Source: Octopus sinensis
Lineage: Eukaryota
DNA length: 64,000 bases
Reading direction: 5' to 3'
NCBI RefSeq assembly: GCF_006345805.1
Contig: NC_043005.1
Span: forward strand, 65,286,001 to 65,350,000
Positions 1 to 13,284 of this stretch are shown piece after piece. The position numbers and the translations under genes are program-made. Below the pieces are notes generated by a model that did no database searches, was not told where the DNA came from, and saw only the letters and a program-made list of their open reading frames with translations. The stretch's first letter is position 1. The number at the start of each line of letters is the position of its first letter.

Positions 1-154
1 CTCTCTCATTTCAACTGGTTTACTCCTTCTATTACCACACTTTCTGCTACTTTCTCTTTGCAAGTGTATACCACTCTCATATTCTCTTTCTACCACTCTT
101 AAAAATACATTCAACATCACACATTCTGTTACTTTCTCTTATTAATGCTTAAAG

Positions 155-367
155 CACTCCTCAAAACAAAAGACAGAGAGGAAACAGAGAAAAAAATAAA
201 TACATAACGATTTACTCCTCACACACACACACATAGACACGCAAACATATACATCTACTTTCTCTTTGAAAACCACTCCTCAAAAACAAGACAGAGAGGA
301 AACAGAAAAAATAAATACATAACGATTTACTCCTCACACACACACATAGACACGCAAACATATACAT
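155..367. repeat. ~120 bp tandem duplication
   Basis: CACTCCTCAAAA...GACACGCAAACATATACAT occurs at ~155-255 and again at ~274-367 with small indels. Confidence 0.85.
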
Positions 368-1149
368 ATATGACAGTGAGAAACACAAACGTTTCAAACA
401 ACTACATACAAACACTCAAACACACACACACTCACGTGTGTGCTTGTTATTAGTAAAAAAGGCGCCAAACACAATTCACTTTCTCATTCGAACACATTTG
501 CAAACACACACCAACAATTCAATTTTATTTCCGGACAGACAACATAACACTATCAACTTCATACTACCACAACAACATTTTTCTTTATCCTGTCAAAACC
601 TCATTGATCCTACACTTTGGAAACTAAGCAACAGATCATTTTATACAACAACAAATTTAATCATAACGCCCATCAATGAAAACATCTCCACCACTGTGTT
701 GTGATTCATCTATTCAGCACCACTACAGTCTTGCCGGTCTGACATATGGTCAGTAGATGCTATTGTTCTATATTTTATAAATTACCCATATTTACTTACC
801 CATGCTTCATTCCCCTCTTGCCTACATAGGGAATCCATTCTCTTTTAACACAGCATGAAGTTTTGTAACAGCACATCCGCTGCCGTTCGTGGAAAACGAA
901 GAGACCCTATTCACCTGCGAACGTTTTACACCGCTTTCCACGACTATCAAATTCTTACAATTATGAGAACGATAACATGGCTCTTTTCAAGGCAACCTCG
1001 CATTCAATTCTTACACCATTCTACGAGGGGGTAGGAACCCCTTTACACGGCTTTCTATACACTTACAAATACATTCATTGGCCGTAAACTTATATCAATA
1101 TTTGCCAGAATAATCACTGCAATCATTAACAGTACTTTCAAGCAATTCA

Positions 1150-1178
1150 GCCCGAGCAACGTCGGGCAATTCTGCTAG
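1150..1178 (+). mobile_element. Helitron-type 3' terminus (hairpin + CTAG); 5' extent unknown
   Basis: GCCCGA-gcaacg-TCGGGC hairpin (1150-1167) followed 7 nt later by CTAG (1175-1178) and T, the canonical Helitron end layout. Confidence 0.55.
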
Positions 1179-1909
1179 TGTATGGATAATTGTGGATTCA
1201 GCAAACGAAAGAAAGGAAGCTTCTTCAATACTGTCTTTTGTCATGTTAAACATAACAGTCAAAGCTCCGAAAAATATTTACTCCCAAAAGTTCGCACTTT
1301 TTAAATTACCCTTTCCCTACCCTTCGGAATAACGAAGACCTTCTCACCGAAATAATGAATGCATTAGCTCAGTTGCTTCTTCTCTCAACTAATCTACAGC
1401 AAAATATTTGATAAATTTATGCCGCTATCTTAACGAATAGGTGGAAGAGAATTTGCATGTGCTTTAAATGTTTCAATTCGTCTCTAGAAGCCAACATTAA
1501 AGCATGGTTTAATTCTACATAACAATCAATAATTTTATGTGACTTTTTAAAATTAAAGCTTCATTTCTTTTACTCAATAGATAAACCTTCACCGATTCTT
1601 ACAGACATGCAACTGGTTCTTACTCTCAAACAAAATACGTTTCCTACCACATGAAATGTCTTAGTCATCTATATTTCCATTTACATACAAGATACATTAC
1701 AATGGTGTATTTCATAGAATTTAAAGGTGCCGGTAAAATGGGTGGACTAGCAGGAAAAAAGTAGCGCAAGCGTGATAATAGTCTTAATAAAATAGGTCTA
1801 GAAAAGTACAGCAGAAGTGGAAGCTTAAAACTATTCCAGCTGATATTAGAAAAAAGTACGTTGGTTCCAGTCTTATTTACACTTACAAATATGCGCCTTT
1901 AAATTGATA

Positions 1910-2324
1910 CTCTTTTACTCTTTTACTCTTTTACTTGTGTCAGTCATTTGACTGCGGCCATGCTGAAGCACCGCCTTTAGTCGAGCAAATCAACCCCGGG
2001 ACTTATTCTTTGTAAGCCCAGTACTTATTCTATCGGTCTCTTTTGCCGAACCGCTAAGTGACGGGGACGTAAGCACACCAGCAGCGGTTGTCAAGCAATG
2101 CTAGGGGGACAAACACAGACACACAAACATACACACGCACTTATATATATATACATATATACGACAGGCTTCTTTCAGTTTCAGTCTACCAAATCCACTC
2201 ACAAGGCATTGGTCGGCCCGGGGCTATAGCAGAAGACACTTGCCCAAGGCGCCACGCAATGGGACTGAACCCGGAACCATGTGGTTGATTAGCAAGCTAC
2301 TTACCACACAGCCACACCTGCGCC
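1910..2324 (-). mobile_element. tRNA-derived SINE, family A (full length)
   Basis: Reverse complement begins GGCGCAGGTGTGGCTGTGTGGTAAG, has a B-box-like GGTTCCGGGTTCAGTCCC, a central (TA/CA) tract and a (AAAAGAGT)n tail; at least 8 copies in the window. Confidence 0.9.
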
Positions 2325-2902
2325 TATTGGACTTTCGGCATTTATTCCCAACGAAATAAAATATGGTGGATGATGGGAGGAGCTTGAAGCATAGGTATAT
2401 GTTGGAAAAGTGACCAACGTTTCAATACACATATTTTCTACCAACTGTAATTGAACTTCTGCCACTAAAACAATGCTCATGAGGCTCTTGAAATCCCAAA
2501 CGTTTGGGTTTAGATACCCAGAAACGCCCATCCTTGTATAAGACTTAATCAACGACCCTGCGCAAATTTTGATTCACCTTCCTCGGATTAAATCATTGGG
2601 TACAATCTCAGTGAGACATGCACATGAAAGGGTTCTATGGAACAGGAAACAAGATTAAAAATCACGATCTTGATACACAAGGGCACCTTCGACTTGCCAT
2701 TAATTGTCCCTTTACTTCTTTGTCATCGGATCCCATCCAAAATGTATCCTAAATTCTCATTATTAACATCAGCTGCACTATTTTCAAGTTTCTACTTCTA
2801 CTTCACTTTTCTAGTTTCAGTTAATCATATATATTATAATTCCATTATTTTATCACAGATTTTCCTTAAAGTACACTTACACATACACTCATATTCACGC
2901 AC

Positions 2903-2904
<2 letters not shown>

Positions 2905-2941
<37 letters not shown>

Positions 2942-3208
2942 TATATATATATATATACATATTTACATATATATGTATACATATATATATACATATATAC
3001 ATATTTACATATATATATAATAATACATATATATATATATATTAAATATATATATATACATATATATATATACATATATAATATACATATATATATATTA
3101 TATAATAATATAGTATATATATATATGTATGTATATATATATATTATATTATACATACATATATATATATATTATACATATATATATTATATATGGTGTA
3201 TATATATA

Positions 3209-3249
<41 letters not shown>

Positions 3250-3322
3250 TATATACACAACACATATATATATAATTATTATATATATATATCTATGTAA
3301 TAATATATATATTATATGTATG

Positions 3323-3364
<42 letters not shown>

Positions 3365-3390
3365 ATACTATATTATATATATATATATAT
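2905..3390. repeat. (TA)n-rich microsatellite array
   Basis: Direct reading; abuts the left end of the large PLE. Confidence 0.95.
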
Positions 3391-3542
3391 TCAAAAAGCA
3401 ATAAAGATTCAAGTTAATTTAAATGAATTTACTTGAATATGGTACCTAACTTAGATGCACCAAAAAAAAAACTATACTGTTTTAACAATACAGTAATGTG
3501 GGGTGATTATAAGCGAGAAAGAAGCAACAAGAATGGATAGGT

Positions 3543-3633
3543 TTTTAGTACAATCGTTTCATACAAGGACAGGCTTTATTAAAAGTTGCAAAAATTACAG
3601 CATATAAACGTGTCCCGTACTCATCAGCTAAAA
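3543..3633 (-). ncRNA. Type I hammerhead ribozyme with long stem II
   Basis: UUUUAG-CUGAUGA-[GUACGGGAC...GUCCUUGUAU]-GAAA-CGAUUG-UA-CUAAAA; 6 bp stem I; predicted cleavage after GUA between 3549 and 3548. Confidence 0.85.
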
Positions 3634-5099
3634 TACATGTGAGTTCTCTAGACATCCTAGTGGTTGAGGCTATACTCATGAAGTAATGTAGATAATTAAG
3701 TAACATAAACAGATTTCCAAAGTTCATTAAAGTTCTTTAAAGATGATGTACAGTCTTATCACGGAATTTTAAAAAAGTTTTAATAGCATCACAGAGAAGG
3801 TGACCTAATCCATAGTGCACATATGAATTTCCAGAGATATGAGGAGGGATTACATACTCACAGACGACAAATTTATCCATTGTTAATCACAACGAGTGGG
3901 TCTCAATTCCTGCTTATTAGCATTACAGAGAGGGTGAATTAATCCTTTGTATAGATGCACAATTTCCAATGGTGTAGATGTAAATTTCCAGAGAAATGAA
4001 GAGGAATTTCATATTCACAGGCAATAAATTTATCAATGGTTGAACACAATGAGGTAGGTATCAATTCTTGTTATATGATTAGGTATTTGCCACATTAATC
4101 ACATTACTGCTATTTACAAGAGGCTGTAGCTATTTAACTTTTAAAGGCTGAAGGGCTTTCTAGAGAGGCAAAGAACAGAAAAGGGAAGGGAATAGAAGAA
4201 AAGAGAGAAAATAAAGGAGGAGGGAGCAAAAAGGGGGGGAGGGGGACTAAAAGAGAAGAGAAAAGGAAAAAGAGAATAAGAAGAAGAAAAAGAAAAAAGA
4301 GAAAAGAGAAAGAAATAGGGAAAGAAGGAAAAAAAGAAGAAAAAGAAAAAAAAAAGAGGGTTCTAGTTATACAGAAGAATTAGTAGACGGCAAGTCTGGT
4401 TTTAATTTACAGGCATCTAGGAACTAGAGGAGAATATTATTTTTTGACCAGTAAAACAGCTAATTTATTGCTGTTGAAATCAGCTATGAATTTAAAGAGA
4501 ATCTAAAGAGATAACACGGTCAGGGGTTTAGGGGTCAGAGACTAAAATCAAAAGAAAATACATTAGGAAAATCTAAGTATAATCTTATCAAAAAGTCATT
4601 AAAATTTATTTATTTAATTTATTCATTTTATTGTCTTAAGGAGTTGCCGTTATTATTCATACATTGACGGACTACAGGTCAAATCTTAGAAGATCATTTA
4701 CAAGGTGTTAGGGAATTGTCTATCATAATGAAGATAATCATATTATCACCGAGGGAGTAGCCTTATTTATTTAATTTTGAAATAGAATTATGGGGCTTTA
4801 GTAACTCATTTTATTTTATTAAAGTTATGCTACTTAAATTAGATTAAGTTAAGAATTAAAATTAAAAATTACAATTAAGATTTAAAATTAAGATTTAAAA
4901 TTATGAGTTTGAAATTAAATAAAGCCTCAATTAAGCAGCGTATAAGTACTATTCATTTCCCTGTTCTCAAAAAAACTGATGCAGATATAAGGAAAAAGAT
5001 AACTGTAATGTGAGAACTCTTAGTTATCTACTTAAAGCAGTGCTATACTAGTAAAAATCAAGTTATATCTATCTATCTATCTAGTTACGAATATTCTAA

Positions 5100-7020
5100 T
5101 CATTTAAAATATTTTAAAGTCTTCAATTTAGCGTGGACACAAACTTGACCTAGTTCGATATGGTTATTCAATAAGTTTCTATGTTTTCTATGCTTTAGAA
5201 TTTCATACGTCTCCATGGAGCATAGTTGGCAACCAACCCTACTATTTTTATACGGAATTGCTCTCCTAACTATTTCCCAATTAAGGTTATAATTATTATT
5301 ATTATTTTTGAGTTCCCAGATTTTGTTTGAAAGTGTGGTTGTACCAGCTTTATGACGTAATTTAAAAGACGAGATGTGATTTCTAACTCTGGCTAGAAAA
5401 TTAATTGTACATCCAATGTAAAATATTTGTTATTCTCCGTGGATATGGTACATTTATAGATTACATTATTTTCCCCGCATAGACCAGGTGCCGGGCATTT
5501 TGATTTTATTCTACACTTACACACAGGAGGAACAACTTCAGGTTTTGGATTATTCTTGGGTAGATGTCTTAGGTTCCTATTATTTTGATTATCATGAGTA
5601 TAATTGTCCTTATTGTTATTAATATTTCTATAGTTGGTGCTGATATCTAAAGTATTGCTATTATTTATTGATCCTTCTGTTTCATCATTTAGGTCTAAAG
5701 TCCTACCATGATTTCTTATATTATTGGTACTGTTACTATTATTGTTAGTCTTTTTATCCGACTGCATATTGTTGTTATAGATATCACTGATATTTTCATT
5801 CTCCTTATTTTCTCCATTAGCCTTATTTCTATTATTTCTATTATTAACATTATTACTTCTATTAATATCGGCTTGTTATTATTACTATTAATGTTAATGT
5901 TATTAGTCATTCTGTGGTTACTAATTTCACCTATGTTTTGATAGTTACTATTGCTGTTTTTATTGTTGGTAGTATTATTATAATTGCTATTGGTATTCAT
6001 GCTGATATTATTATTTTTTTTCTATCTTTCCTGGCTAGTTTAATGTTGTTATTATTAATCTTAGCTATTAAAGTGGACATATTGGGAGGGTTGAATAAGA
6101 AATCCTAACTGTTTTCCTAGAAATAATTCTATGATATCTATGAGAGATAGGGAAATTTTTTTCCAGAATTACTTTGAATTTGTTCTGTATATCCGATTGT
6201 ATCGCACAGTTGAAAGGAATATTCAGCCATAATATATCTTTTTTATTAAATTTAGGGTTCGTAGAATTATTACTATTCATCTCACCGGAGTTATTGTATT
6301 TATTACCATTATTTTTATTTTTATTTGTGTGCATCTTAGGTTTATTTACTTCGATATTATCCGAGTTACCTATGTTCTGGTCAATGCTTCTATTTGAATT
6401 GTTGGGCCTGTACGTTAGATTAGCGTTTACCGTTAATTTGATTCTACTTTTATTTCGGGCTTGGTCTGTATTGCTGCTTACGTGATTACTGATAACTTCT
6501 TTATTAGGAATACGTGAGTTCTCATTATCAACGAATGTAATCTTTTGGTTGTATCCAGCCTTAGTTAACGCCGCATTATAATGCTCAGAATGGGAGTTGA
6601 AATCCTTAAAGAACTTATTAATTTTCTTTCTAATCCTTTCTATAACAGATTTATTATTACTAGGGATAACAAACAGAGCATCATCCCTATATAGACCCCC
6701 CTGTATTTCTGGGATATCCTTGCTTATGCATTTTAATAGATATGCGCCTACTAGGTTGGTTACCTCAGACGAATCACTGGAACCCATTGTATAATCAAAA
6801 TAATTAGGTGTATCTGCTCTAGTCCATAATTTATCTTCAATTCTATAATGTCTTCCTAGCTAGTAGCACAATATTGATTTATTCTCTACATATGAGGGAG
6901 CGATTAATGTCTAATATTAGTGATTTTTGAGTAAGATAGGGGAAATACTAGAGTAATAACTATTAATATCGAACTGAATAAAGGAAAGACTACTAGTATT
7001 AGTTAGAGAGTTAATAAGAA
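5100..7020 (-). pseudogene. Disrupted PLE RT/GIY-YIG ORF (track ORFs 6068-6787, 5716-6000 and 5393-5767 are pieces)
   Basis: RT motifs and GIY-YIG lie in several frames; stop after ...KTLKYFK near 5100; thumb segment deleted. Confidence 0.88.
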
Positions 7021-10000
7021 AATAATAAGTTCTTTAAGGATTTCAACCTCAGTATAACGTATGAACCGGGCACTAAAATAGTTAACTTCCTAGATATTAC
7101 GCTAGACCTTAATTCCAAGCTGCATTACCATTTAGAAAGGAAGGCGAAATCACGAATTACGTAATAAATTATCAAATCATCCCCCAAATATAATTGAATC
7201 TTAGTAAGAAATATTTCATTAAGAATTTCAAAATTATCATCCAATAAGGATATATTTAACTCCCATTCTGAGCATTATAATGCGGCGTTAACTAAGGCTG
7301 GATACAACCAAAAGATTACATTCGTTGATAATGAGAACTCACGTATTCCTAATAAAGAAGTTATCAGTAATCACGTAAGCAGCAATACAGACCAAGCCCG
7401 AAATAAAAGTAGAATCAAATTAACGGTAAACGCTAATCTAACGTACAGGCCCAACAATTCAAATAGAAGCATTGACCAGAACATAGGTAACTCGGATAAT
7501 ATCGAAGTAAATAACCTAAGATGCACACAAATAAAAATAAAAATAATGGTAATAAATACAATAACTCCGGTGAGATGAATAGTAATAATTCTACGAACCC
7601 TAAATTTAATAAAAAGATATTTATGGCTGAATATTCCTTTCAACTGTGCGATACAATCGGATATACAGAACAAATTCAAAGTAATTCTGGAAAAAAATTT
7701 CCCTATCTCTCATAGATATCATAGAATTATTTCTAGGAAAACAGTTAGGATTTCTTATTCAACCCTCCCAAATATGTCCACTTTATAGCTAAGATTAATA
7801 ATAACAACATTAAACTAGCCAGGAAAGATAGAAATAAAAATAATAATATCAGCATGAATACCAATAGCAATTATAATAATACTACCAACAATAAAAACAG
7901 CAATAGTAACTATCAAAACATAGGTGAAATTAGTAACCACAGAATGACTAATAACATTAACATTAATAGTAATAATAACAATGCCGATATTAATAGAAGT
8001 AATAATGTTAATAATAGAAATAATAGAAATAAGGCTAATGGAGAAAATAAGGAGAATGAAAATATCAGTGATATCTATAACAACAATATGCAGTCGGATA
8101 AAAAGACTAACAATAATAGTAACAGTACCAATAATATAAGAATCATGGTAGGACTTAGACCTAAATGATGAAACAGAAGGATCAATAAATAATAGCAATA
8201 CTTTAGATATCAGCACCAACTATAGAATATTAATAACATAAGGACAATTATACTCATGATAATCAAAATAATAGGAACCTAAGACATCTACCCAGAATAA
8301 TCCAAACCTGAAGTTGTTCCTCCTGTGTGTAAGTGTAGAATAAAATCAAAATGCCCGGCACCTGGTCTATGCGGGGAAAATAATGTAATCTATAAATGTA
8401 CCATATCCACGGAGAATAACAAATATTTTTACATTGGATGTACAATTAATTTTCTAGCCAGAGTTAGAAATCACATCTCGTCTTTTAATTACGTCATAAA
8501 GCTGGTACAACCACACTTTCAAACAAAATCTGGGAACTCAAAAATAATAATAATAATTATAACCTTAATTGGGAATAGTTAGGAGAGCAATTCCGTATAA
8601 AAATAGTGGGTTGGTTGCCAACTATGCTCCATGGAGACGTATGAAATTCTAAAGCATAGAAAACATAGAAACTTATTGAATAACCATATCGAACTAGGTC
8701 AAGTTTGTGTCCCGCTAAATTGAAGACTTTAAAATATTTTAAATGATTAGAATATTCGTAACTAGATAGATAGATAGATATAACTTGATTTTTACTAGTA
8801 TAGCACTGCTTTAAGTAGATAACTAAGAGTTCTCACATTACAGTTATCTTTTTCCTTATATCTGCATCAGTTTTTTGAGAACAGGAAATGAATAGTACTT
8901 ATACGCTGCTTAATTGAGGCTTTATTTAATTTCAAACTCATAATTTTAAATCTTAATTTTAAATCTTAATTGTAATTTTTAATTTTAATTCTTAACTTAA
9001 TCTAATTTAAGTAGCATAACTTTAATAAAATAAAATGAGTTACTAAAGCCCCATAATTCTATTTCAAAATTAAATAATAAGGCTACTCCCTCGGTGATAA
9101 TATGATTATCTTCATTATGATAGACAATTCCCTAACACCTTGTAAATGATCTTCTAAGATTTGACCTGTAGTCCGTCAATGTATGAATAATAACGGCAAC
9201 TCCTTAAGACAATAAAATGAATAAATTAAATAAATAAATTTTAATGACTTTTTGATAAGATTATACTTAGATTTTCCTAATGTATTTTCTTTGATTTTAG
9301 TCTCTGACCCCTAAACCCCTGACCGTGTTATCTCTTTAGATTCTCTTTAAATTCATAGCTGATTTCAACAGCAATAATTAGCTGTTTTACTGGTCAAAAA
9401 AAATATTCTCCTCTAGTTCCTAGATGCCTGTAAATTAAAACCAGACTTGCCGTCTACTAATTCTTCTGTATAACTAGAACCCTCTTTTTTTTTCTTTTTC
9501 TTCTTTTTTTCCATTCTTTCCCTATTTCTTTCTCTTTTCTCTTTTTTCTTTTTCTTCTTCTTATTCTCTTTTTCCTTTTCTCTTCTCTTTTAGTCCCCCT
9601 CCCCCCCTTTTTGCTCCCTCCTCCTTTATTTTCTCTCTTTTCTTCTATTCCCTTCCCTTTTCTGTTCTTTGCCTCTCTAGAAAGCCCTTCAGCCTTTAAA
9701 AGTTAAATAGCTACAGCCTCTTGTAAATAGCAGTAATGTGATTAATGTGGCAAATACCTAATCATATAACAAGAATTGATACCTACCTCATTGTGTTCAA
9801 CCATTGATAAATTTATTGCCTGTGAATATGAAATTCCTCTTCATTTCTCTGGAAATTTACATCTACACCATTGGAATTGTGCATCTATACAAAGGATTAA
9901 TTCACCCTCTCTGTAATGCTAATAAGCAGGAATTGAGACCCACCTCGTTGTGATTAACAATGGATAAATTTGTCGTCTGTGAGTATGTAATCCCTCCTCA

Positions 10001-10331
10001 TATCTCTGGAATTCATATGTGCACTATGGATTAGGTCACCTTCTCTGTGATGCTATTAAAACTTTTTTAAAATTCTGTGATAAGACTGTACATCATCTTT
10101 AAAGAACTTTAATGAACTTTGGAAATCTGTTTATGTTACTTAATTATCTACATTACTTCATGAGTATAGCCTCAACCACTAGGATGTCTAGAGAACTCAC
10201 ATTATTTAGCTGATTTAGCTGATGAGTACGGACACGTTTATATGCTGTAATTTTTGCAACTTTTAATAAAGCCTGTCCTTGTATGAAACGATTGTACTAA
10301 AAACCTATCCATTCTTGTTGCTTCTTTCCGC
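7021..10331 (+). mobile_element. Penelope-like retroelement, right arm (inverted copy; thumb + GIY-YIG + 3' region)
   Basis: 7258-10331 is a near-identical reverse complement of ~3515-6598; 7024-7260 encodes NKFFKDFNLSITYEPGTKIVNFLDITLDL and HPP; ORF 8325-8582 has VIYKC..YIGCT. Confidence 0.92.
10214..10302 (+). ncRNA. Type I hammerhead ribozyme (second copy)
   Basis: CTGATGA 10219-10225, GAAA 10285-10288, CGATTG-TA, CTAAAA 10297-10302; a 9 bp duplication lies just upstream. Confidence 0.82.
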
Positions 10332-10830
<499 letters not shown>

Positions 10831-11148
10831 TATTAATTTTGTCTAAATGTTTGCCTCTATCTCTCAGTATGATAATGAATAATACTATAACCTGCAGCAG
10901 CATCCAGCATAAATTTCCATCATATTCGTATCTGTGAAGAATTACGGATAGGAGACTATGTACTTTTATTCTACATGTATACTTTTGTGATTCCCATGCC
11001 GTAATGAAATATGTGCAATATGAAATTAAATATGTACCACATTTCTCCATTCTTCTGTTTTAATATGTAATTACTCTGCAAATAGAAGATGCAACAAATT
11101 TCAATTGTCATGTATATCTCATCGGAAATAAGCATTTATATATATATA

Positions 11149-11179
<31 letters not shown>

Positions 11180-11257
11180 GATTAATGTGAACATGCAGAT
11201 GTTTTTCCTGAGACCATAGTTTGGATTTTAACCCCCTTACATATACATATATATACA

Positions 11258-12445
11258 TATACAGAGTGTGGTGAATAAATTGTCGACTAAATTACGCAAA
11301 AATAAAATAACACTGACATCTCATTTCAACATGTATTTACCAAAATTACATTAAAATGTCTTGAAATATTAAAGAATAAATATATTCAATAAAATCGCCA
11401 ATGGCCTCCAGACGACTTTGGAATCTTCTGCTGCTCTTTTGAACGGTCACTTTGTTTAAGTTGATGAATGCTGCCATAATCCTTGCTTTCAGTTCCTCTT
11501 TGGTGTTACAAGGAGTTCTGTTGGTCTCTCGTTCACTGCGCTCCACACATAATAATCAAGGGGTTGCAGTGTGGGGGGGGGGGTTAGGTGGCCAATCGTT
11601 AGGGGTGATGTGGTCGCAGACATTGTCTGATAGCCTTGACTAGGCTCTCCTACATGTGTGGCATGGTGCAGAGTCCTGTTGCCAGACACAGGGTTTTCCA
11701 GCAGCCACCCTATTGGCCCGGAGCAGTACTACCTCCTCCAAGCACTTGACGTAGGCCTCTGCGTTGAGGCCATGTGGGAAGATGAACGGAGGCATAACGT
11801 CGCCATCACTAGTGATTACACCAAACACCATGATGTTGATTGGATTTTTATCATTCTCGGTACATGCTTTGGGTACACGGTTCTGTGTGTCCACCATCTG
11901 ATCCTGGCAGAATTTTTTCACGTCTGAGGAAAACCAAATTAAGACCAGGTGGAGAGGATGGGATGCTTCAGTTTGTTCAAAAGCTTCGTATCGCGGTCTT
12001 TCCTCTTGTCATTGATAGCTTGGGATACAATTGACTCTTTCTCATCTTGTATGAGGAATACCGAATATCTTCATGCACTACCTGCTTGATAAGAAACTCG
12101 GACACTCACATGTCCCTGCCGATAGATCTGATTGGTTTGTAGGGATCGTTGTCAATCATGGCTTGAATCTCGCCAACAAATTTAGGAGTTCTTTTCTTAT
12201 CAGAAAGATCAGAGTGAGATTTTCGAGCTACCCTGCCTTCATAATTACCATTTGACTCAACCAATTATTTCCGAATCCTCTGCACCGTGCTCAGATTGAC
12301 ACCCAAACACTCCGAGATATTTGTATTTGAGCTTCCGGCGCGAATGTCAAGCAGTACCGCATATCGTTTCCAAGTTTCTGGCAGAGTGAATTGCCTCATG
12401 CTGCTGTTTTTCTCACAGACGGTGCCCAACTGCCCCTACTATACT
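11258..12445 (-). mobile_element. Degenerate Tc1/mariner transposon of the maT (DD37D) type
   Basis: KRTPKFVGEIQAMIDNDP, IMVFGVITSDGDVMPPFIF, VWQQDSAPCH, WPP..P and LDYYVWS motifs across broken frames; boundaries approximate. Confidence 0.85.
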
Positions 12446-12494
12446 GTGTGGTCGATAAAATCAAAAACAAACAATTCTCATGCGCCAAATTAAA

Positions 12495-12750
12495 AATGTA
12501 AAATATATATACATCTATGTATGTAGGTATGTACGTATATGTATATATTTGCTACATACCATACATACATACATATATACATAAATGCATGCACGCAAGC
12601 TTGCATACATACATGCATACATACATTCATGCATGTATGCATACATGCATGTATACATACATGCATACATACATGCATACATACATACATACATACATAC
12701 ATGCATACATACATAGATTTATACATACATACATACATGCATACATGCTT
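12495..12750. repeat. (TACA)n/(TGCA)n microsatellite
   Basis: Direct reading. Confidence 0.9.
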
Positions 12751-13284
12751 ACTTACAGTGTGACAAGCTCATATTCATGAATTGACAAATGAACACAATG
12801 AACACAAATAACAATACTATTATTAATCATGTTAATCATAATAAATAATTGATGAGACAATATTTTAAAATGACTTATATATTTTTCTTTCTCTATCGAC
12901 AAAAGTGGAGCCGTAGTCATTTTCCATGATATACCGCCATAAAATATAAAGTGCTATTAGTGGTATCCTCTGCTATTTTGCTGGCATAGAACAATGTAGA
13001 ATTGTTCCACTGAGACAATCAATAATTACTACCAGTTGCACGGAGCTTCTTGTCGTTGGCATCGCTCTCCTAGTTTGATGACACCAAAGATAATGTTATC
13101 TATTATGATTAATCAAAGTCAATCCGTTTTATATGGTTTATGTTTTTCATACATGTACATACACACACACATACATACGTACATACATATATAAATGCAA
13201 GCATGCATGCATACATACGTACATACATATATATATATATGTGCATGTGTGTGTGCATAGATACATATATATATATATATATAT

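Larger units (their letters stand above)
3391..7020 (-). mobile_element. Penelope-like retroelement, left arm (5'-truncated RT + GIY-YIG + ~1.7 kb 3' region)
   Basis: Minus-strand translation gives FIQFDINSYYSSIS, FDYTMGSSDSSEVTNLVG, GLYRDD, ILWLNIPFN, CKCR..KCP..GLCGENNVIYKC and IWELK..CQLC; frameshifted. Confidence 0.92.

Noticed and set aside
2330-2640. Possible Tc1 DDE remnant
   Set aside because: Only vague motif resemblance and no TIRs
2938-3436. Long YI/IY, YLSI, HT, CV and poly-I/M/H ORFs throughout the track
   Set aside because: Translations of (TA)n, (ATAG)n, (CA)n, (TACA)n and (ATC)n microsatellites; no coding evidence
9120-9165. Possible SECIS element in the PLE 3' region (ATGA..AA..TGAT)
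   Set aside because: Spacing is too short for helix II, and I saw no in-frame UGA at a conserved Cys
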